Shown piece by piece: positions 57,874-64,000 of a DNA stretch of 64,000 bases. Location of the stretch: contig CAYOLO010000001.1 in NCBI GenBank assembly GCA_964404855.1, positions 94,245 through 158,244 on the forward strand, in the 5' to 3' direction. The stretch's first letter is position 1. The number at the start of each line of letters is the position of its first letter. The DNA is from an uncultured Gammaproteobacteria bacterium (lineage in GTDB: Bacteria > Patescibacteriota > Microgenomatia > CAYQLK01). Under the pieces are notes generated by a model. The model searched no databases. It had not been told where the DNA came from and saw nothing but the letters and a program-made list of their open reading frames with translations. The position numbers and the translations under genes are program-made.

Positions 57874-58365
57874 TTACCGAATGTATTTTCCTGAAATTAC
57901 AACAAAAAAACTTAGGATTACTGCTGCAATTAAGGACGCGCCAATTATTTTTAGGTAGTTAACTTGGACAGCTTGTGTAACAGGTGAAAAGGAAGTGGAA
58001 ATAAGATTAATTTGCTGATTTATGGATTTTAGCTGACTAATAATTATTGGTTCATATTTTTGAAAATTAGCAATTGACTGGTCTTTATTTTTTGCACTGG
58101 TTTTTAGCTCAATAACATTAGCAGTCTTATCAGCCGCAATAACCACTGGTTTAGTTAAACCCATTTGGCTATTAAAATCTGGAGAATTGATAATAACTGT
58201 TACAGATTTTTCAATACTGGTAGCTTGAGTTTTTTCATGTGAAACATAGTATGTTTGACTAGTTAAAAACATTTTGGGATTTTGCCACAAATACAAACAT
58301 GTAAGAACAAAAACCAATGTGAAAATTATTAAAATAAATATTTTTTCTGTTTGAATTAATTTCAC
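57874..58365 (-). CDS. Hypothetical protein with two terminal TM helices (mini Wzz-like topology)
   Basis: N- and C-terminal TM helices; adjacent to wzx/wzy-like genes. Confidence 0.55.
   Translation of the reverse strand: MKLIQTEKIFILIIFTLVFVLTCLYLWQNPKMFLTSQTYYVSHEKTQATSIEKSVTVIINSPDFNSQMGLTKPVVIAADKTANVIELKTSAKNKDQSIANFQKYEPIIISQLKSINQQINLISTSFSPVTQAVQVNYLKIIGASLIAAVILSFFVVISGKYIR
58231..58246. other. Candidate parS site
   Basis: TTTTTCATGTGAAACA, 14/16 match to TGTTTCACGTGAAACA, about 5 kb from the dnaA region. Confidence 0.4.
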
Positions 58366-58369
58366 GGCG

Positions 58370-58777
58370 TTATTTATCTAATACTAAATTGGCTTGTGCG
58401 TCAGCCTCTTGGTTTTGTTCGCGAGGAACATGTGTGTATGTCACCTTAAGAAAAGACGATTCGAGGGCTTTGACTTTTGAATTAAGTATTTTGAGATTTG
58501 GGTGTTTAATTTTGTACCTTCCACTTAGTTGCTCGACGGCTAACTTAGAGTCTAGTCTAAAATTAATGTTCGTTTCTAGGGTGTTTGTGGTTAATTCTTG
58601 AGCTTTCTGAAATGCCTCAATAATTGCTGTGTATTCTGCAATATTGTTTGTAGCCACACCCAAAAAACTTCCACCAGCAAAAATTGTTTCGCCGTCTTTT
58701 TTGATTACAAATCCTGTGGAGGAAAGACCTGGATTACCCCTACTTGCACCGTCAGTAAAAATTGTGAACTCAGTCAT
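58370..58777 (-). CDS. rnhA: Ribonuclease HI family protein
   Basis: FTDGASRGNPG, TNNIAEY, DS.L, HVPREQN..AD. Confidence 0.92.
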   Translation of the reverse strand: MTEFTIFTDGASRGNPGLSSTGFVIKKDGETIFAGGSFLGVATNNIAEYTAIIEAFQKAQELTTNTLETNINFRLDSKLAVEQLSGRYKIKHPNLKILNSKVKALESSFLKVTYTHVPREQNQEADAQANLVLDK

Positions 58778-60017
58778 TTTTTAGTTTGTGTATGAGTATA
58801 ATCGAACCGCCTACTAATATCAGTATTTCACTAATAACTGTAATATACGCTGAAGCGTAAGCGCCGTACTGCGGAATGAAATACAAGTTAGCAACACAGT
58901 TAGCCGTACCCACAATTAAATATAAAATGCTTAATATTTTTTGCTTATTAAAAGTGATTAGTAGCCACATAACTATCGCCGAAAGAAAAAAGAACGGATA
59001 GCCTAGTGACAGAATTCTTAATATATTTGCAGAGTATGAAAAGCTTGGTCCAGAAATTAAATTAATGATCAGGTCAGCAGCAAGAAAAAACAGAATAGAC
59101 AGGGACACAGAAATAACACCAAGTAGTAATACTGACTTTTTAAAAATTCTAATTAAAACTTTTCTATCGTTTAAATGATTTAAAAATACAGGAAAAAGTG
59201 CATTGGAAAAAAAGATTGGAACAACTAATACAGTTTCAAAAATTCTGTATGCAAGCCCGTAAAAGCCCACTTCTTCTGGTGACCTAATAAATCCAAGAAT
59301 GATTGTGTCGATTCTGAAATAAATCAAATTAATAACAAGCGCAACGCCTAAAGATATGGAGCTTAAGGAGAGTGATTTGCTGTATGTTTTGTCGAAAACA
59401 AATTTTGGCTTATAGGTAAGTTTACCTAGGAGTTTGTATGAAACTAAAAATAGAACAGTATTAGCAAATGTGTAGCTAAGAACAAGTAAGTATATGTTTT
59501 TGAATGGAATTACGATGATTACTAAAATTAGGGTTGCAACGCTCGAAATGATTGTCGCAAGAGAGGATAGGTCGTATCTGAGGTTTTTTTGAAAAATAGC
59601 GTTTAAGGCATTGTACAAACCCTGAAAAAGAATTGTAAATGAGGCTAAAAATATGCCGAATTTGACACTATTACTAAACCCAGTACCACTGGATGCATTG
59701 TGTGGAAGTGAAAGGGCAATAAGAATACAAAACAAGGTTAGTAAGGAAGATGTAATAAAGCGCAAGGCAAAAAATTTATTAAAATCGACTTTTATTTTGT
59801 CTGGTGGAGTTAATTTAAGAAATGTTGCATTAAACCCAAAATCTGCAATTAAATAAAATATTGAAACAAACGACATTATTTTGACAAATTCTCCGTAGTC
59901 AGAAACGGTAAGTTGTCTGGTAATAAGTGCAGTAATAAAAAGTGAGACAGAGACGGTCGCGCTTTTGGCGATCATTTGAAAAATCGTATTTTTGGATACT
60001 TCTTTAAGATTTGACAT
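58770..60017 (-). CDS. Wzx-type polysaccharide flippase
   Basis: About 12 TM; DFGF, RID..IL, VGFYGLAY, IPQYGA.ASA. Confidence 0.88.
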   Translation of the reverse strand: MSNLKEVSKNTIFQMIAKSATVSVSLFITALITRQLTVSDYGEFVKIMSFVSIFYLIADFGFNATFLKLTPPDKIKVDFNKFFALRFITSSLLTLFCILIALSLPHNASSGTGFSNSVKFGIFLASFTILFQGLYNALNAIFQKNLRYDLSSLATIISSVATLILVIIVIPFKNIYLLVLSYTFANTVLFLVSYKLLGKLTYKPKFVFDKTYSKSLSLSSISLGVALVINLIYFRIDTIILGFIRSPEEVGFYGLAYRIFETVLVVPIFFSNALFPVFLNHLNDRKVLIRIFKKSVLLLGVISVSLSILFFLAADLIINLISGPSFSYSANILRILSLGYPFFFLSAIVMWLLITFNKQKILSILYLIVGTANCVANLYFIPQYGAYASAYITVISEILILVGGSIILIHKLKND

Positions 60018-61351
60018 TATTTCAAGTCTAGCATTTTGTTTGACGCCAAAATCAAACCAACTAACAAAGCAAAAATGTAGCTTGTTTGAAATTGTGTCAA
60101 AAAATAATGATCAAATATCATTCCAAAACCGTAGGCTCCGGCTAGTGGCAATAAAAGTTGTGATTTGATTCGTGATTGAGACTTAACAAACTTGCTTACA
60201 GCTTGTTTAAAAAATAAGAGAACTAGTATGAATCCGATGAGTCCATGTTCAGCTAGAAATAAGATTAGGAAATTGTGCGGAGGTTGAAATAGTCTTAAAT
60301 TAAAGTTTTGAAAAAAATAATTTTGCGCAACAATTAAATAATTATTTGGACCAACACCAATAATAAAGTTGTCAAAAAAAACTTTTAACCCAATTAGATT
60401 TAATTCTAATCTTTCTGAGACAGTTTTGGACCCAAAACTAATTCCTGAAACATAAAAGAGTAAAAATAAAATAACGCTTGGTATGAAAAGAATAATAAAT
60501 TTGTGATTAATCGGTAATTTGTTTTTGTATCTTAATAAAATAAATATTGTTGCCATTATTATTCCTGTTCTTGAGAAAGAAATAACAAGACCTATGGTAA
60601 AAATGCCAACAAGTAGACTGCATAAGAATTTTAGATATTTTGTTTTTGACGAATTAATTATGAATATTGAGTAAGCTAAAGCGCTGACAAGAAGTGCGGC
60701 GAGAATGTTAGGGTGGGGAGTGGTTCCATAAGCCCTTAGAAATGAGTAATCAAAAATTAAACCGGATGCAATATTGGGGGTTGTAGAAAAAAACCGATAT
60801 GAACCAATAATTGGAATATTAGGGGATATGCCGGATGAAAATTGAATTAGGCCGATAAAAGTTGAAATAACAGCACCAGATATTAAGCCGATGGAGAAAA
60901 TTTTAATAAAAAGAAATAAAGTTTTGGGTTTTGTTGCGAGATTAAAAATACTAAAAATTAAAAGTGAAATTAATATTAATTTGATTAACCCAAAAACTAA
61001 TAATGTTTTGTTGGCAGAAAAAATAAACCATAAAGCTGTAAGGACAATTAAAAATAATACATAGATAAATTTGGGTGATTTGAGGGGTTTTTCGAAATTA
61101 AGGTTAATACATGAAAATATGGCCAGCAAAATAATTAAAATATCTGAAGGGTGTATTGAGAGAATAAAATAATCACTTAAAAAGCCAAAATAATAGGCTT
61201 GAGAAGTATTTAACTTAATGCCTGCTTGAAAATTGAGACTCAGCCCAAAACAAAAAACGATTAAGGTTAAAAGAAGCTGTGGAGATTTAAGCTTTTGGAG
61301 AGACGATAAGTTTACGGAAGCGACCTTCGCCCTCAGATCTTGTTTCGACAT
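60017..61351 (-). CDS. O-antigen ligase/Wzy_C family membrane protein (start uncertain)
   Basis: RAYGT..HPN, SFSR, GVGPNNY, PHN...L..AE.G. Confidence 0.88.
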   Translation of the reverse strand: MSKQDLRAKVASVNLSSLQKLKSPQLLLTLIVFCFGLSLNFQAGIKLNTSQAYYFGFLSDYFILSIHPSDILIILLAIFSCINLNFEKPLKSPKFIYVLFLIVLTALWFIFSANKTLLVFGLIKLILISLLIFSIFNLATKPKTLFLFIKIFSIGLISGAVISTFIGLIQFSSGISPNIPIIGSYRFFSTTPNIASGLIFDYSFLRAYGTTPHPNILAALLVSALAYSIFIINSSKTKYLKFLCSLLVGIFTIGLVISFSRTGIIMATIFILLRYKNKLPINHKFIILFIPSVILFLLFYVSGISFGSKTVSERLELNLIGLKVFFDNFIIGVGPNNYLIVAQNYFFQNFNLRLFQPPHNFLILFLAEHGLIGFILVLLFFKQAVSKFVKSQSRIKSQLLLPLAGAYGFGMIFDHYFLTQFQTSYIFALLVGLILASNKMLDLK

Positions 61352-61757
61352 CTGGATTGTTTTCTAGAGTGAGGTGAACTATACGCCTTTCGAAAGGTTT
61401 AAGATTAGATAAGCTTTGAGGCTTGTTTGAAAATTTGACCTTTTGTACAACTTTTGCGGCCAAATCTTTGAGTTCGGCTTCTCTATTGGTTTTCCAACTA
61501 TCGACATCTACGACTACATCAGGAAGCTCTTCGGCGGTAAATAATTTGTAAAGCATTGCGTGAAGGATTGTTTGGAGAGAGTCTAAATTTTCTCCATGCC
61601 TGCCAATTAAAATACTAGAGTCGGCGCTTTCGATATTAAATCTTAATGAACCATCCTCTTGGGAGGTGGCGGTTATTTCTGCATTTACATTAAGTCTGGA
61701 AAGTATTTTTTCCAGTTGGTCGAGGATTTTGTCTTCGAGATTATTATTTTTTGCCAT
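61287..61757 (-). CDS. jag: Jag/KhpB RNA-binding protein (KH + R3H)
   Basis: LIGRHGENLDSLQ, ERRIVH, SEGEG..R; conserved position after yidC. Confidence 0.92.
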   Translation of the reverse strand: MAKNNNLEDKILDQLEKILSRLNVNAEITATSQEDGSLRFNIESADSSILIGRHGENLDSLQTILHAMLYKLFTAEELPDVVVDVDSWKTNREAELKDLAAKVVQKVKFSNKPQSLSNLKPFERRIVHLTLENNPDVETRSEGEGRFRKLIVSPKA

Positions 61758-62577
61758 TGTTGTTATTTTTTAAGAATGGGAGCCAGTCTACCAAAGATCC
61801 CCAACCCATCACAAGATACTGCTGAATAATACCAAGAACCGAGAAGGTGTTCCAATAGAGAGAAAGACCAATTGGAAGAGTGTATGAAAAATATCCAATT
61901 AAGAGTGGAAGGATAAAAATCATCTGACTTTGCGTCTGCATTAGAGTGTCAGCAAAATCTTCCTTTTCATTTTTGCCTTTTTTGGTCTTAGGTGCATATT
62001 TTGGAAGAGCCATTTTGGACTGAACCATTTGAAATAGTGCAGTAATTACTGGAATAGCGAGTAAGAGTATGCCCGCAGACTGCCAGTCGGAGGGTTTGGT
62101 ATAGAGGTGTATTCCAAGAAATGAAGCGTCAAGAGGTTGGTTAAGATGAAGGAAGTCAAAATATAAAATACTATTAAGCTTGGTAAGCGCTTCGCCTGTG
62201 CCATCGGAGGACACTAACTGGTTAAGTACTTGATACAGAGAGAAAAAGATTGGGATTTGGATTAACAAGGTGACACAGCCTGTTGCAGGATTAACACCAT
62301 GTGTCTTGTAAAGCTCGGACTGTTTTTGAGCGTGGAGAGTTTTGTCTTTGCCGTGTTTTTTCTTAAGATCATCTAGGTGGGGTTTAAGCTCGGCCATTTT
62401 TCTTGTCTGATGAAGCTGTTTGCCAGTTAGGGGCCAAACGATTAAGCGAATTAAAATCGTAAGTGCTAGAACCGCGAAAGCGAGGGGGTAGGGGAAGTTG
62501 GCTGCTTCAAAAAGTTTATAGAAAAAAACTGCGACATTTAAAATCGGGTGAACAAGTATTTGGTTAATGAGGTCCAT
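61744..62577 (-). CDS. yidC: Membrane protein insertase YidC
   Basis: LTILIRL..WPL, NP..GC...LIQIP, GLSLYW. Confidence 0.95.
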   Translation of the reverse strand: MDLINQILVHPILNVAVFFYKLFEAANFPYPLAFAVLALTILIRLIVWPLTGKQLHQTRKMAELKPHLDDLKKKHGKDKTLHAQKQSELYKTHGVNPATGCVTLLIQIPIFFSLYQVLNQLVSSDGTGEALTKLNSILYFDFLHLNQPLDASFLGIHLYTKPSDWQSAGILLLAIPVITALFQMVQSKMALPKYAPKTKKGKNEKEDFADTLMQTQSQMIFILPLLIGYFSYTLPIGLSLYWNTFSVLGIIQQYLVMGWGSLVDWLPFLKNNNNGKK

Positions 62578-62583
62578 TTTTAA

Positions 62584-62877
62584 TTATTTTCTAGTTATAT
62601 ATGGCGAATATGATATCTTATGTTCCTTTTTTTTGCTTGTAGTAGCAACTGGATGGTATCCACCAGCAGAGAACGGATTACAAGATAACACACGATAAAT
62701 AATTTGCGGTAGTGCTTTTAAACCAAAGACTTCTAATGATTGGCTTGCAAATTCTGAACATGTCGGCGTATATCTGCAGACAGGCTTAGAAAAAAATACC
62801 TTTATTAGTCCGTGGTCGGGTGAGAGGGTTTTTTGATAGAGGTGAATAGTTTTAATTAATAGATACGAAATAATCAT
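62584..62877 (-). CDS. yidD: Membrane protein insertion efficiency factor YidD
   Basis: CRYTPTCS, R...CNPF..GG..PV. Confidence 0.93.
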   Translation of the reverse strand: MIISYLLIKTIHLYQKTLSPDHGLIKVFFSKPVCRYTPTCSEFASQSLEVFGLKALPQIIYRVLSCNPFSAGGYHPVATTSKKKEHKISYSPYITRK

Positions 62878-62883
62878 AGTTTT

Positions 62884-63183
62884 TTATAATAATTTTTCTA
62901 GTTCAGTTTTAACCTCAAGGGAGTTTTTTTTGGATATATCTTTGCGAACCAATATAGAGATTTCTTTTTTTTGGGCAAAAGAGGGTGAAATTTCTAAAAA
63001 TGCGGCCACGACTATCCTGCGAACCCTATTGCGATCAACCGCTAAGGGACAGGTTTTTTTGGGAACAGTCACAATTAACTTGTTTGTGTCAGCGGGCCTG
63101 GAATTAACAATATAGTAAGGCGACGAAACGGTGTTGGAAAAATTGCGGGAAAATTTTTTGAGGCTCTGAGAGCGCGGGAGCAT
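62884..63183 (-). CDS. rnpA: Ribonuclease P protein component
   Basis: VPKK...AVDRNRVRR; between rpmH and yidD. Confidence 0.9.
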   Translation of the reverse strand: MLPRSQSLKKFSRNFSNTVSSPYYIVNSRPADTNKLIVTVPKKTCPLAVDRNRVRRIVVAAFLEISPSFAQKKEISILVRKDISKKNSLEVKTELEKLL

Positions 63184-63341
63184 TACTTATGATTAATAAC
63201 GCTAACGGTTAATGATTTACGGCCTTTTCTTCGACGCGCAGAAAGTACAGCTCGACCAGCTCTGGTTAGTGATCTTTTAAAGAAGCCGTGTTTGCGGGCT
63301 CTTTTTTTCTTTTTTGGTTGATATGTTCTTTTGGTTGCCAT
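63183..63341 (-). CDS. rpmH: 50S ribosomal protein L34 (absent from the ORF track)
   Basis: [46 protein letters not shown]...; TAATG overlap with rnpA. Confidence 0.97.
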   Translation of the reverse strand: MATKRTYQPKKKKRARKHGFFKRSLTRAGRAVLSARRRKGRKSLTVSVINHK

Positions 63342-63399
63342 AATTTGCGTGGGGAATTATATGCCTAATGATTGAGTAAATGCAAGCGCAAAAAATACC

Positions 63400-63451
63400 T
63401 TTTCCACAATTAGACAAATGCTTGACGATATGTGGATAAATGCAATATAGT
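63400..63451. promoter_or_regulatory. DnaA boxes and dnaA promoter (origin-proximal region)
   Basis: TTTTCCACA at 63400-63408 and perfect TGTGGATAA at 63431-63439, the latter between TTGACG (63422-63427) and TATAGT (63446-63451). Confidence 0.8.
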
Positions 63452-63564
63452 CATAAGAACTTTTCGGGTCGCCAGTGACTGTTTGCCCAGTCTTACCTAA
63501 AAAAGAAAACACCTCCAAAAAAACCTAAATATTGACTTAATTCAGTCAAAAATAAACACGACCT

Positions 63565-64000
63565 ATGGAAGTTGATTCTAAAAAACTTTGGAGTGAAATA
63601 TTAAAAGACATAAAGTCTGATCTTTCTCCTGCGAATTTTCGTACGTGGTTTAGTGCAACAAAACTTGAAAACAACCATGACAATGAAAAAATAATGTTTA
63701 AGGTTGTTGTTTTAAATAATTTTGTTCGAGAGCAGATTCAAGCTAGGTATCTTGATCAAATTAAAGACAGGATAAGCCAGAAATACGATGAGGAAGAATT
63801 TGATCTTACGGTTGAGGTTGGAAAGGTAGAAATACTAAATATTGAGGACGAGCCAAAAATAAATGACGTTTTCAAAGAACAGACAAGTACGAGCGAGATA
63901 AAGGTTGGGTGGAGTAGTGTAAATAATTTGAATCCAAATTTTACCTTTGATAAGTTCGTTGTGGGAAACTCCAATAATCTGGCATTTGCCGCTGCGCAGG
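63565..64000 (+). CDS. dnaA: Chromosomal replication initiator DnaA (5' part; runs off the right edge)
   Basis: MEVDSKKLWSEIL...NFRTWF...LNPNFTFDKFVVGNSNNLAFAAA; divergent from rpmH. Confidence 0.97.
   Translation, partial: MEVDSKKLWSEILKDIKSDLSPANFRTWFSATKLENNHDNEKIMFKVVVLNNFVREQIQARYLDQIKDRISQKYDEEEFDLTVEVGKVEILNIEDEPKINDVFKEQTSTSEIKVGWSSVNNLNPNFTFDKFVVGNSNNLAFAAAQ

Noticed and set aside
1-64000. tRNA, rRNA and IS transposase genes
   Set aside because: None was recognised by eye; tRNAscan-SE or an ISfinder search would be needed to exclude them

Overview
AT-rich bacterial chromosome segment in standard code. It ends at the replication-origin cluster (jag-yidC-yidD-rnpA-rpmH divergent from dnaA, with DnaA boxes). 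The compact housekeeping genes, short ValRS/MetRS/PcrA, DUF4012 and PEGA proteins and many near-leaderless genes suggest a Patescibacteria/CPR (Microgenomates-like) genome; this is an inference. About 17-64 kb is mostly core genome (murJ, rpsT, tpiA, pcrA, PBP1A, metG, surface-glycan genes, groESL, tsaD, valS, rplY). About 0-17 kb is a mosaic of a type I R-M defence operon, the CIRCE-controlled hrcA-grpE-dnaK...dnaJ operon interrupted by orphan genes, and GC-richer orphan cassettes with their own promoters, SD sites and terminators. Main observations: (1) a family of ~125-240 nt co-oriented structured intergenic repeats (four full copies, one long chimeric copy, two partial copies) at core/accessory junctions, with compensatory changes, minus-strand G-U bias and a candidate pseudoknot; (2) an unannotated ORF coupled to hsdS at the left edge whose N-terminus resembles CdnE-type CBASS cyclases; (3) an unannotated 49-aa peptide gene in a GC-rich three-gene operon; (4) a structured rpsT leader. 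All calls come from reading the sequence by eye; no searches or folding programs were run.
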